DNA of 64,000 bases from NCBI GenBank assembly GCA_051313645.2, contig JBNRSN020000002.1:135222001-135286000 (forward strand). The letters are read 5' to 3'. A program made the translations under genes and the position numbers. The stretch is from Centroscyllium fabricii. Lineage: Eukaryota. Every line of letters begins with the position of its first letter. Positions within the stretch are counted from its first letter, which is position 1. Below are positions 47,232-60,689 of this stretch, piece by piece. A model generated the notes under the pieces. The model did no database searches, was not told the DNA's origin, and worked only from the letters and a program-made list of their open reading frames with translations.

Positions 47232-48261
47232 GTGAGTGCCAGCAACATACAGAACACCATCACCACAATACAGACTGCACCAGAAATCACTGCAATCAGG
47301 GGACCTGCTACACACCAATCCATATATAGACAATTCATGGATATAAAAATTGCAGAATCCCTCTTTTGCCAGCCTTAGTATTTTCATTTTGACGACCATC
47401 AAGAACATAGGGAGGAAAAAAAACTATTTTGTTTACCCAAGATTTCTCCCACAGTTTCAAATAGTTTGTGTTTAACATTATACACTGAAGATGACTGTGG
47501 TTGTCTGAAACATACACTTCTTTCATTTTATTCCAAATATTGTCAAACAGGCATTTTAAATCAAATGTTTCAGATTCAAAACACTACTGATTATTTTAAT
47601 GAAGGCGGGGGTGGGTGGGGGTGGCGCAGGATTGAAGGCAGGGCACATGAACCATGGGATAAGCAGATTTCAGTTTAAAATACAGCCAATGAAAATTAAA
47701 TAAAATGGATGCTGTTGCAACATTTTCTCAGCTATAGGTTTAATGTTATTAAAAGTGGGTGGATTGGTAATAAGGAAACCCCTTCCACTAGCCTTCTGAG
47801 TAAATATTATCTGTGAAGAATGGAGCTGATGGTACTTTATTTCACCTAACTCTTTTGTAAAGGTGACTATAAGGTGTCCAACTTCATATGATCACAGTGA
47901 TGGCAGAGATTTGTCACTGAATAATTGGGCATAATTTAATTGTTTAGAATGCGCTACACTGGCTGTTTTATATTTCTTGGAAATATTGCAAACCCACAGT
48001 TACTATACTGAATTGAAGTATAGCTAAATGGTGCTTCCCTGTGGTACATAACATACAACATGTTTGGGTTACTTAAGTAAAGATATTGGTATAAAGGTGT
48101 ATGCAGAATGCATGTAATGTACAATAAAATGTCTCAACTTTGTAAACCCATTTCAGTTTAACTGCTTGAGGCCAGTGGCAGCCCCTTTGCAAGGTGCCCC
48201 AAAACAAATGATAGAAAAAGGTCCTGCCTTTTCTATTGGGAATACACTGCATTTTCATGTC

Positions 48262-48293
48262 ATATATATTTATATATATATATATATATATAT
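48262..48293. repeat. (TA)n microsatellite in ISL1 intron 5
   Basis: Directly visible. Confidence 0.9.
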
Positions 48294-48761
48294 GGTGGCA
48301 GGAAACATTATCTTGCTTCAAATTGCAAAGAAAATGCAGTACTCAAGGGGTTAAATGGACATGTGATGTTTTACAATAAATAATGAACTGCTGCAAAATA
48401 TATTAATTCATAATGTACTTTTGGAAAAAAATGTACCATTTTACACCATTAAATGATGTTGCATTGGGAAATGCAACTAGACCTACTTGTGCTTTGCTAT
48501 GAGACCTTGATTATTTGCTTTGCCATTGTTTTCAACTTAGAGATATATAGCACTTTAAAGGTAACTCGGCAAAAAGCGCTTTCTGTTTATTGTAATTTGA
48601 TTGTCATTAAAGATAAAATTAATACAAACCATTGTACAACCATAGTTACAAAACTCCAAAATATATTTTTAATGAACGTAATTGTCTGATATGTGTGACT
48701 TTGGATTAATGTCAACATTTTAAAGAGGCCGGAGATCATTGATTTGCTATGATTTTTACAG

Positions 48762-48878
48762 GTTAATTTTTCAGAGGGAGGGCCAGGTTCTAACTCCACT
48801 GGAAGTGAAGTAGCGTCCATGTCCTCCCAACTCCCTGACACACCAAACAGCATGGTAGCGAGTCCTATAGAGGCATGA
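48762..48878 (+). CDS. ISL1: ISL1 exon 6, coding part to stop
   Basis: Acceptor tttttacag. Encodes [38 protein letters not shown] then TGA. The six exons total 1047 nt (348 aa + stop). The SPIEA C-terminus indicates ISL1 rather than ISL2. Confidence 0.96.
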
Positions 48879-49990
48879 GGAGCCTGAACTCTCAGTGCAG
48901 CCCTACAGAGAGCCACGAGGAACCCTGGACCCTCAATACTCTCTGGCCCACACTTTTTTTTAAAAAAAAAGTTCATGCAGCCTGGTCCATGTCTGATCAG
49001 AAAGCAGCCATCATCCGTTTGCACGAAGTCTCTGTGTTCAAACAACCAATGTTGTACCCTAGCAACACTGTGACGACAATCAGACACTAGAGTGGGATCT
49101 GGCTACAAGTGCAAATAGAAGAGACTCCCGAGGCATCCGGGACTTCATGCAAAGACATTTTTGAAGATATAGAAAAGGATGTACGTTCGAGTGATCCTGA
49201 GGGATGTGATTTGAATGTGTTGCACACACAGATAAGATGATCCAGTGGAGAGACTATAGTCCCAACATCTTCAATGGTGCTGCCTAGAAAAGACATCAGT
49301 GGGTCAGCTTTGCCAAAAAAAAAGAAGAGTCCCATACATCTGCAAAAAGTGGACTGGAAAGACAATCGTGACATGCAGAATGTACCACAGCCTAAGTAGT
49401 TCAGTGACTGTCCTATAGGATCAGTTCTGAAAGGTATAGTTGCATTTTTGCAATGCTTTTAGTTGACCTATAACTAAGGACTATTGGATCCTAGATCATT
49501 AGCATGTAGCTGGTTCATGAGATTACAGTCCCTGCAATGAAAGTATGAAGGCAACTACTGATAATTCATTTTTTTTATTTTTTATCAAAAAGCTCAAGCA
49601 TTGCAACAAGGTATACCTCTTTTTGCCACAGCTTCGTGGGATTTGTGTGTGAACTCGTGTCCGTCCAGAATTGTCCCAAAGATGTGTATACTCCTAGGTT
49701 AAAACAGTTACCGACAACGGTTTTAGCTCTGGAAAGAAACATTTTGTTTGTTCTTGTACTGCAAAAATTATAAATAATTTATTATTTATTGTCGACAGAC
49801 TTGCCACTTTTCATGTCTTTTTGACATTTTATGTTTGCTGAAGTAAAAGATGTACTGTGGTCTTTGGAAAACATGTCTAATTTTATGTGTCCTGTCTTTT
49901 CTTGAAGATTATGTAAAATAAAAAAAATGCCATATGTAGAAATATATCTTCAAGATTATTTCACTAATAAAAACTTTGAGATAACTGAAA
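48879..49990 (+). other. ISL1: ISL1 3'UTR with poly(A) signal AATAAA at 49966-49971
   Basis: Follows the stop codon. The AT-rich distal half resembles my recollection of the mammalian ISL1 3'UTR (gcattgcaacaagg..., gacttgccacttttcatgtc, ...tttcactaataaa). Confidence 0.75.
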
Positions 49991-52900
49991 AATCATATGA
50001 GCCTTTGCAGATTCTGCCATTACATTTTGATAAATTAGCTTGGAGGGTTAACTGCTTTTAAATCAATTTTTAATTGCTTTATACTTAAATGTACTTACTA
50101 AAAGACATCCATACGTGACTGATTTTAATTAGGGGGACATTTTAATCGCTTGTCCTTTAAAGACTCGAAGCAATAAATATTTATTTTTGTACCTTTTCCT
50201 TGTGAGAAAATAGTAGATAAAATATCTGCACTAGTCCTGAAAAACGAATTTAATTAATTTGGAGGTAAAGAATGATTAATAAATAAAATTCAATTCCACG
50301 TCATTTTTTCTATTTTAAACTTTTACTAAGAAATAATAACCTTACCGCTTATTTTCCTTTTCACTTTCTTTTTGTATTTCATCGTTTTACTAGCATATTC
50401 GCAGTTGTTGAGTCAGCAGCATTGCAAGCAGTTTACTTCAGCTCAAATGTCTATTGATCACTGCCGATAATTTTGGCTGTGGTAAACTTGGCACAGCAGA
50501 TTTGGAAAGTCCCGGTATTGGCTGGTAGAATGTGTTGGCGGTTATTGTAACAGTAGGTCGATTGATATGGTTCCTTATATAAGGATTGCGGTGTGTCTGA
50601 CAAAAGGAAGTCTTGACATTCAGTGCTGCTAATGTGTTGTCTTTTTTCTGTAGACGGGTAAACACTTCTGAACCAAACATATAGGATAGGAATAGCAATA
50701 GCGTCTGCTTTATTTATCTGTCGCAATCTGGTTAACAAGACACTTCCCGTGACACGTAACACCTTTAAATAAACAAGCGACCCCCCATTTATATTGGTGG
50801 TGGCCAAATAGTTCTATCTCAGAAATAGACGCCACAGTTCGTTTTCTTTACTTGTGTGAAACTATAGATTGACATGGACTAAGTTGTAGCTATAGGATAC
50901 CAACCACAAAGATACTGGTTGAGCGTTGCCTTTAACAGACTGTTATCTTTAATATTTCTGTGAACACATGGTTGTGATGGCATCAGTTACTAGGAAACAG
51001 CAGAGTCATTTGGGAACTTACATCCGCTCTCATCACTGCAGAATCTCTCCCAACTGCTGGGGCCAAGTGATTTTTATCAAGAGTCTGGCAACTTCCTTTC
51101 TTAAAACAAAATCGATCCTGTAAGTCATGGTTTAAATTCATAAAGAATGTCACTTAGATTTTCTCATAATATATAGGGGGTGTGACACCACGACGTGAAG
51201 ATTGTTAAAATGTTAATTTAAATAAAACCAGAATAAAGTTTGATTTTAAAAAGTTCCCAAGGGTCTGTTGCAAACACGCTGAAACAACAGAAGTATTCGT
51301 ACTTCTCATTTACATACATTTTAATTTTGCCCCTGCCACCTGGAAACTGCGTAGGTCAGTAGTGGGTAGATTTCACTAAATGCCTATCAGTATGATTTCG
51401 ATAGTCACTGAATCAATCTAATGAGCCATCAAAATGGACAATTGCTCCCTCACTAACCATCCGGTCTGCGCTTATCTTCTTGACCTTCTTTGTCCATTTG
51501 GTTTGCCCCGTGCAGGATTTTCAATTTAAATTCACGGTTGAGAGCTTAGGAGATGCCAAGCCCACCTTCTTTGCCCAATAGCTTAATTTACTTCCAACCA
51601 TAATGTAATGAAGTGCAGCCACAGCAGAGTGACGCTACTGTATAGCAGGGTGAAGAAATTGTCAAACTGCTTTTTGGCCGGCGGTGATTAACATTCAGAA
51701 GTCATTGTTGAATCGGGGGATAAGGAAAGCGAGATAATGACAGGAGTTCAAGGAACCAGATTCCTTTAAGGCATGCCAAAGAAAGAAACTCCGCTAGCTT
51801 CAGTAGAACTTTAGCCGATTGGATACTTTGCTACTTCTGGAGAGTAAAATTCAAGAAAATGTGTGTTGTGAACAAATATAATGGATGGGCTTAAGTAAAA
51901 TGTTTTAGGTGCAACAGTGCATTATTAAGCAATGGCCGAAAACGCATCCAAGGGTTAAATGACAAAACTCTGGCAAATTCTGCTGCACTTCATTAGTGAG
52001 GTATTCTAACATTTTATAATCGCTCTCTCTCTCTCTCTCAACACACACACATGTCTGTGTATGCATGAGTGCGATGTACAGCATTGTAATATATTTATTG
52101 CAAATGAATAAACAATTTTTCGACTATTTACAATTGTGAGTGGAAAGCTGCGGATGGGGTTAATATTTAAATTGATCTTAATTGCATTATTTCGATTGCA
52201 CGCGTTAAATACAGGTTTTTGGAAATATCAAGAAACTTCACGCCTTTGATTATCAAGGGCCTCAAAAACGGTAGCTTAAGAGCGCGACTAACCAAAAGTG
52301 GCAGTTCTGTAGAAGGTTTATTAATGTCGATTGTGTTTAGAAATATGCCCGGTTTGATGTACGCTTTATGAAAAGAATGTTATTTTTAAAGTTTCTTACT
52401 GAGCTGTACAAGCGTTTTTTTTTTAAATGTCTCTAATCCTAGTGGCCAATGCGAACTTGCCCGGTTGTTCTGGTGGAGGTTCCTGTTCTCAGTGTTGTTT
52501 GTCCTGATAGTGGAACAAGCCACTGAATGACAATGTTTGAGTTCAGGCGCCACAAAAACAAACTTTACAGCTCGATGTCCGAGCATTTGATGAACGATCC
52601 CTTTATATACAACTCAAAATACGAGGCTTCCCAACCGATGAAATAAAGTATACAACATAAAACAGGGAAGAGTTTTTTTTTTCAATTTCCATGCAATTTT
52701 ATTCAGTGCTCCTAATTATTTCTTACTGTAATTCGGCTGCACGAAACCAGTTTCCGTCCCCTCCCACATCGGCTGTGAACAGCAAATCGTGTTCTTTCTT
52801 AAGTCAGCCCCGTGCTAATGTAATCTCTGTTATGTTTACTTAAAACCTATACCTAGCTCTTTAATTTAACTGGAAAATATATAATTATTATTCCACAGAC

Positions 52901-55900
52901 AACTAAAACATAATTATGTGTTGAGCATTTTAAGCAAAGCTTTTGACAGATAATGACAGATATTCAAATGAGGATATAAACTGTAAGATATTTCGCTGCA
53001 GCACCAAATCCCAGCCTTGTATTTCACGGTAACATTGCTGGTGTGATTTTCTTCATCTACAAAATGTTCAAAAAACAATTTTTTTGAATATATAGAACTC
53101 TCAGAATGCGGACTGCTATCCAATATGATGTAATAAATTAACTTTTGTTATACTACAGTTACATATCATGAGAAATCGAAATGGCCAATAAATTATATTC
53201 TAAAGTATGATATTAGAATATACACTAGTAAAGTCAATCGTTATTTACACCCTTCCCATCGTTTGGTTGGGAACCATTAACTTTAGATTGGTGTCTATTT
53301 CCGAAAATCGCCCCTTAAGACTGTGAAACTGCTAATTGTGTTTATGGCCTCGGGGTTTTCTATATATTGAAGGAGATCGAAGCGAAAACAACATTTAAAT
53401 CGTCCCAGTGACATATACGGCCCCAGGGGAGCAAACTGCACCTCGGAAGAGGAAGGTGTGTTTAGTTTCTTGTTACCATTTTGAAGACTGTGTGTGTGGG
53501 GTGGGGGGTGGAGGGAGTGGGGGGGGGGTGGGGGGGTGCTGATCACGTTTGAAACAGGTTGGTGTATCTTTGAGCCTAATCAAAACAAGTTTGACTTGTG
53601 AGGTCCTCACGTCTAGACAGAGCTGGACTCTCGGCGGCTCCTTATCTGAGAACGGAATCAGTTCACAGAGGTTCTCAATGCCCAGAGCTAGGAGCTGGCA
53701 TTCCGGGACAAGGGGACCCACAGCTCACTCTGACACAACTACCTAACCAGACCCTGTCAGTGGCAGACTTTCCGACCAGGAGAATGTTATACACTTTGCT
53801 AACCTTTTCACAATGTTCTGGTCAGTTGACATGTCCGTCACCGTAAAAATGTGCTTTGTGAGACTATAAACTGCAATATCCTTCTCTCCTCCCCCCAAGA
53901 CCCATTGGAAAGTTCACCGGCCAATTTCAATTTTATTTCATGCATTATCAAGTGACTCGATTTACTGGACTTCATTTACCAGAGAGATGGCCAGCAAATT
54001 ATGGCAGTATAGTGGCATCAAATCAGAGAGTGTAGGTAAAACATGAAATTAAATGAGACACTGGCTTTTATTGTTTTAGAGGTTTTCGTATAGATTAATA
54101 TTACGCATTAGACCGCTGGTTTAAATATTTTACGTAACGTTTTCCATTTTAATTTACTTCTTTTGACCAAACTATACACATTGTCAGGGGCGTCATGACC
54201 CACATTGTATGAGCTGCACATGCCAGCTGCCTCACAACGGGACAGCTGCTGTGTATTTCTGACTAAAACAATGTCCAGTACTGTGAAGTAATAGGTACCA
54301 CAGGTCTTTTTAAAGTTGCCATGGGGTGGGGGAGCGGGAGAGGTCTGTGCCACTTTTAAAATATGCCTGTCCACAGTTCTGATGAGCAAAAAACTCATAA
54401 CTTACAGCATATGTACACTTGACTCGGTGCATTCCCACCGGACGCTCAGATGAACCAGTTACAACATTCTGTGAGCCCCTTTTAAAATTTGTACCGTGAG
54501 GGTTTAGGCATTTGTTTAAACAGTGAATATCAAGATTTCTTTGTGAACATTATTTTGTAATTTCTACCCCCAAGGGATCACCTTGAACTCTGCCCGCAGG
54601 GCTTATGATAAAAACGGTTTTGTAAAATAGTAAGACAATTTCAAACACATATCTTTCATCGTAAAATGGGATTAGGAGGCTCTTTAAAGCCGGTGTCCTG
54701 CAATACCAAGTGCGTTAGTTTTAAGTATGAAGCGATATTGATGTCTTTACCAACTCATGTTATAGTATTAATTATGCGGTGTGCCTGGTGTAGGAAAATT
54801 GTCAGATTAGCATCGAATTACTTGTAATACTAACTTTGGTGGCACATGACATTGCAAGTAGCATATAACTGGAAGTCCTTTAACAAGAGCATAGACTGGG
54901 GGAGGGGAGGTGGCTAATAGTTTTCTGTAATTGAACGTAATTAACTGATTTTGCAACATTAGCAGCTCACAACAGCGTGTTAGGCGGTTAGCTGTAAAAT
55001 ACGTCTTTTGTATGGTTGAGGTGACGGTTTACAGATTATATCTTACCATACAGGCCGCATCAATGTCAGGATATTACAGTGTGACTTCGAGCTTGTCTTG
55101 TGCAAAACTATCCAACGATGTCATGTTCGCATCAGACCGGCGATTCCCTCTCTGCGCGTTGTGTTGCTGTACACCAGCAGTGGCCTGAACGTAAACCTTA
55201 TTATCTAGCATGTTTATCAATATTTTCTAAACGTTTACGAATATGTGAAGTTTCCCCAAGCCCCATCGCGCCGGATTTTTCCCTTGAGTATTTGCTTTAA
55301 CCCTGACTCTTTCTGTTGGGTTACCTGGTGTTTATTTTGCTATGTCAAGAATACAATGTGTTATTTCAAGCAGGGGAGAACCAGCAGGTACCGAGATACA
55401 AACCAGGCCCGAAAGGGACACGAACCTCTCAAGCCATTAACATCAGAGCAGGCAGAGCTGTCGCATTCATAATATTATTAAAGTTCCCAGCGTGAACTCC
55501 CTTATTAATAACACACCCATAAACTCACACCCACTGAAACCTACAGGAAGGCTGACCCCGCCTCGAGGGCTGTGGCTCCAACCCTTTAGTGAAATGAATT
55601 AAAAATTAAAATCGACGGCAAATATTTTTCTCTTGTGAATTCGGTATTCATCATGTGATTTGCCAGCACAAAGCGGCAATCTTTAAAAGCAGCAGAGAGC
55701 GATCTAACGGCACGGTTTCAAGTATGGCGCTGACAACAGCGTTTTTCTTCCTATGCATATTTTCCCAGAGCATCTCGCTGTGTGCGACATTTTTTTTCAA
55801 AAGGAAAGGGTCTCTAATTGTAAATAAACAACAGGAACATTCTACAGACCATTCATTCCACACCCCCTAAAAATAACTGGGATTCCCTGACCGGAATGGC

Positions 55901-58559
55901 CAATACCATTATTTATAGCATCTTTCTTTACACTCGGTTAACTGTCTTCACCGGGAGTTTAACACAACGCCATGTAGTTCATCTGTTATTACAATGGTGC
56001 GAAATCAAGGCCAGGGAGAGACTCGGTGCCCCACATACACTTCCTACACGACTCCCCAACTCCCCTCTGAAAAAAAAATAAACCCAGCCAATTTCTGGCG
56101 CTGTTGTTTATTCCCATTGGCGAGACAGTTTTTTCCATCGACGTTGTGTTACTGTTTACACGCAACGTGTCTGCTTTGGGATTAAATGCTTACTGTATAA
56201 CTTAAAGAAAACTGACGGTTTTTGTAAAATACTTAGATGAACCTGTCTTTTAAAGTCGCATTTAAAATGTGTGATGTCTGTCAGTGTGCAACGTGGAGAC
56301 CAGGAGGACCGTGGGGTTAAAATAAAATAACCGATCTTCTAAGCAATATGGGACTAATTCAACAGGAGGGTATTTGCATTACACCTAACACAGCAAATAA
56401 ACAAAACACCGCCACAAGTCAGCTGCTGTATTATATAAGCAGCTCTCCACAAGGAAAATTACAGAGCAAACCAGATTGATGTTTTATCACACAAAGCCAG
56501 CAAACATTATTCTTTATGACCTCGTCTGTCATCGGTGCTATTTTAATATCACTTAATGATAGCGCCTCTCGCATTAAATATAGAACAGCACATGTAAGAC
56601 AAACTCCCTGTCTCATATGAATACATTACTTAAGTAGGCAATGCCAGTACAAAAAATACGGAGTAAGAAAGCTAGGTGTTAGAGGTAGCAATGCTCGCTT
56701 TAACGGTTCAGTTCACGGCAGTATAACCGAGGGTTGAATCCGAGAAGCACCATTGAGCACGTTGAAGCACTGATGAATACAGATATAACAATTCTATATC
56801 TCAAATGCCATGTTACTGACTTCTAAGCATAAGATAATACTTAGTTCTGATGTGTGTGATGCACCCCAAACTTAATAACTAGTCAATCTGATTATGTTAC
56901 ACCATTCACGAGGCATTTAATATAATCTATGTTTCTACTGTACCGCTTGACACAAGATCAGGTATAAAGTGTCGCCACTTCCTTGATTACATAGAACAAA
57001 TAGGAAGTATTTAAAAATAGTCAATCATTGCTTAAGTTACCCGGTATTCATGGCGTTACATTGCATCCCAACACTGCGCTGGACACTCGAAATATTACGA
57101 TTAAAAGGGGCTGGGAAGATATGTAGCTAGACAGACTAAAGCTATTAAGAGTGACAATGAACCAGACTATAACAGAAACAGACCCTCCTATATTTATCGC
57201 CTTAGGAAAATAATTGCTCTGTGAAGATGCTTAAGAGCACAGGCTGCTCGCTGTCTTGCTACTCAGGAGAGTTGAACAGCTACTTTACATGATGACTTTT
57301 GTCCCATTGGATCAGCTTTCACAAGCTGTCATTATAGCCTTCATACCAGTATAAATAGGTAAGATAATTCTCATCACTGCAAGCATATCAGTATACAGTG
57401 AAGGCACATTGCATCAAATTGCCCTGCCAATTATACCCCAAACTCCAAATTATAACTTAATTGAAGATCTCTTATTTTCTGCAATATTTTGCAATTACTT
57501 CTGCTCAAAAGTAATCTGTGACCCACATTGATATATATTATATATAAAAGGAACTGGCAGAAGCTAAGCAATCACTATCTGCAGAAATCACTTCAGATGT
57601 ATGGTTTCTTTAAGTTTTCAACTCCATGCATGGCCCTTCCGTCCATTCGAATGCCCAACAGCACATCAGACAGGTTCAGATTGAAGGGGTGCTATCGTCA
57701 GCTGTGTAATACACCCGCAATTGACATCATTCTCCTGATTGCGTTGGAAACGCTGATTTTCGTGGATCTCATGAACTGCCATTGGAGTCCTCTTGGATTC
57801 CATCTCTTCTCGTCAACAATCGTGGGTCTCGAGCCAGAAGAGCAATGCACTGAGGCCATGCGGCTTCACCTGAGTACTGGGCTCCTGAGACCGAACTTAC
57901 ATGTAAAAATGTCTATATTTTCTTCGAGATTCACTCCACAGACTAAAGGTTAAGGAGATGTTAGCTTTGTTTAATTCCAACATACCAGTAATCAGAACTG
58001 AAGACCTATTTGCATCTTTAGATGGCAATTACATCACTAATGCTGCTTTGTTGGTATCTGGCTGATGTAATTAAGATGTCTTTAAACACAATGACCTAAC
58101 CTTTCTACAACAGCATGAAACTTGGTTATTTGTATTCTTCAAAACAGAGAGGTTAACAAACACAATGTCAATATATATTCTATATATAGCAAACATTACA
58201 GTAAATAAATACAAAGGCAGAAGAAAACCATGAACGAGAATGGTTCATTAACATAAATGTCATGTAGTAATTATGTAAATTAACCACAATATTTGGTTAG
58301 AGGGTCTTGTTTGATTGTGTAAGTTAGTGTAATTAAAAGGAAAATTACAGTAATTAAACAGCGTAAGTGCTACGATGGAGAAACTTCTAAGATATACTTT
58401 CTATTGTGGTAAGATGTATTTCTCAAACTGTCATTGATTAGTTGGCTAGGGAAAAAACCAAAACTGATAATAAAAAGGTCTAGTTGCATTTCTTGAAGTG
58501 ATGCAGCATCCCCCGAGTATGCTCTGTTCAGAGCAGACTGAAATATTGAACTTAAACAA

Positions 58560-58945
58560 CAAACTGTTTCTTTCCCTGCAATGTTCTCCCATCCTCTCCA
58601 GAACTCATGTTTCCATAAACACCACTAGCCCTCGAGGTACTCAGCCAAAGTGACCATTCTTCATGTGTAACCATAGACTGTTACATTGCTCCAAGCTATT
58701 CGATCATGATCCTGCCTTCAACTGACATCCGAACAGTCCACTGCAGCCACTGGACAGCAATCACCGGCAGGAGCACTGGCTGAATTCCACCCCCACCCCT
58801 CCATAGCCCAGGAACATCAAGGCCAACTGTAGTGTATGACCACTCTCTCAGCTCAGACCATCCAGCACAGACAGGAAATTAAGTCTGGAACCGTTCTAGT
58901 CGGTATGGCTCATTTATTGTGTGGCACATTTATTCATTCAGCAAC
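58560..58945 (-). mobile_element. Old degenerate SINE-like repeat
   Basis: Patchy similarity to 11040-11455. Confidence 0.3.
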
Positions 58946-59569
58946 AAACTCTTATTTTTGTTGAGTGCAGACTTTACCTCTAGTGGAAAACTAAATACAA
59001 TTATAACAGTCTACACAATATATGTAAAATAAAATCTCACACTGCCTAGTGCATTTATAAACAGTGGCACAATAATATACACTATTTGTCTTATTTAGCA
59101 ATGATGGGGGAATTGTGATATTTATTGTGCTAATGTATTTGAATCACCAATTTGATCTATAACCTCCAAGCATATGATTAAGGTTTATGCTGTACTGTCT
59201 TTTCATGTAAATTTAACATACATTGCTGAAAACCACAAATTTAATTTATACACAGCCCTTTCTGCCGAGATGCAGACTTTTTTAAATGAAAATAAATTGA
59301 ATCACAGAGATACTGCTGTGAAATGGAAAAGTGGAACTGTAGTCAAACCTTTGAATCAAATAATTATATTGCTTTGGCTTTACTGCTATAATTAAAAGAA
59401 TCTGGAGATGTCTACGCACTCCAAACCATGTATACTCTACGCATACATCTGCAACTTTATAGCTGTGTCTTTGTTACTTCAAACATATACAAGGAAGAAG
59501 GAAGCCTGGGTAGAATGAAACTTGAGGTTGGGTGAAAGGTAAACGTAATGCTGCAGTTATATGGCACCT

Positions 59570-59795
59570 TTGTACATTACAACACTGAATACACTTCAAA
59601 AGTACTTAATTGACTGTAAAGCATTACATAGTTACTGAGTATTACATAATATTTACAGGCCAGAAACAGGCCATTCAGATCAACAGATCTATGCTCCACA
59701 CAAGTCTCCAACCACCCTGCTGCATCTCATTTTGTCAATATAATCTTCTATTCCTTTCTCCCTCATGTGTTTACCTAGCTTCCTCTTAAATGCAT
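59570..59795. mobile_element. DeuSINE tail remnant (+) followed by old CR1 3' end (-)
   Basis: acattacaacactgaatacacttcaaaagtactt, then the reverse complement of the 20410-20570 type 3'UTR. Confidence 0.6.
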
Positions 59796-60688
59796 AGAAT
59801 CATAGAATAGAATCATAGAATTATAGAATAGGATCATAGATTATAGAATAGAATCATAGATTATAGAATAGAATCATAGAATTATAGACTAGAATCACAG
59901 AACTATAGAATAGAATCATAGATTGTAGAATAGAATCATAGAATAGAATAGAATCATAGAATAGAATCATAGATTATAGACTAGAATCACAGAACTATAG
60001 AATAAAATCATAGATTGTAGAATAGAATCATAGAATAGAATAGAATCATAGAATAGAATCATAGATTATAGAATAGAATCATAGAATTATAGAATAAAAT
60101 CACAGATTATAGAATAGAATCGTAGATTATAGAATAGAATCATAGAATATAATTATAGAATAGAATAATAGATTATAGACTAGAATCATAGAATTACAGA
60201 ATAGAATCATAGATTATAGAATAGAATCATAGAATTATAGAATAGAATCATAGATTATAGAATAGAATCATAGATTATAGAATAGAATCACAGAATTGTA
60301 GAATAGAATCATAGATTATAGAATAGAATCATAGAATAGAATCATAGATTATAGAATAGAATCATAGATTATAGAATAGAATCACAGAATTGTAGAATAG
60401 AATCACAGATTATAGAATAGAATCATAGAATAGAATCATAGATTATAGAATAGAATCATAGTTTATAGAATAGAATCATAGAATAGAATCATAGATTATA
60501 GAATAGAATCATAGTTTATAGAATAGAATCTTAGATTATAGAATAGAATCACAGAATTATAGAATAGAATCATAGATTATAGAATAGAATCATAGAATTA
60601 TAGAATAGAATCATAGAATAGAATCATAGATTATAGAATAGAATCATAGATTATAGAATAGAATCATAGTTTATAGAATAGAATCATA
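59793..60688 (-). repeat. ~900-bp simple-repeat array of AGAAT / CATAGAAT / TATAGA(A)T units
   Basis: Directly visible. Its reverse complement is built from the CR1 tail octamer ATTCTATG and the pentamer ATTCT. Confidence 0.95.
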
Positions 60689-60689
60689 T

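Noticed and set aside
47232-47378. Open frame continuing from exon 5 into intron 5
   Set aside because: A canonical gtgagt donor and an intact exon 6 are present. A 48-codon read-through is compatible with chance.
58560-58945. Possible LF-SINE (a known exapted ISL1 enhancer in tetrapods)
   Set aside because: No match to the LF-SINE consensus as I recall it, and that enhancer lies hundreds of kb from the gene.
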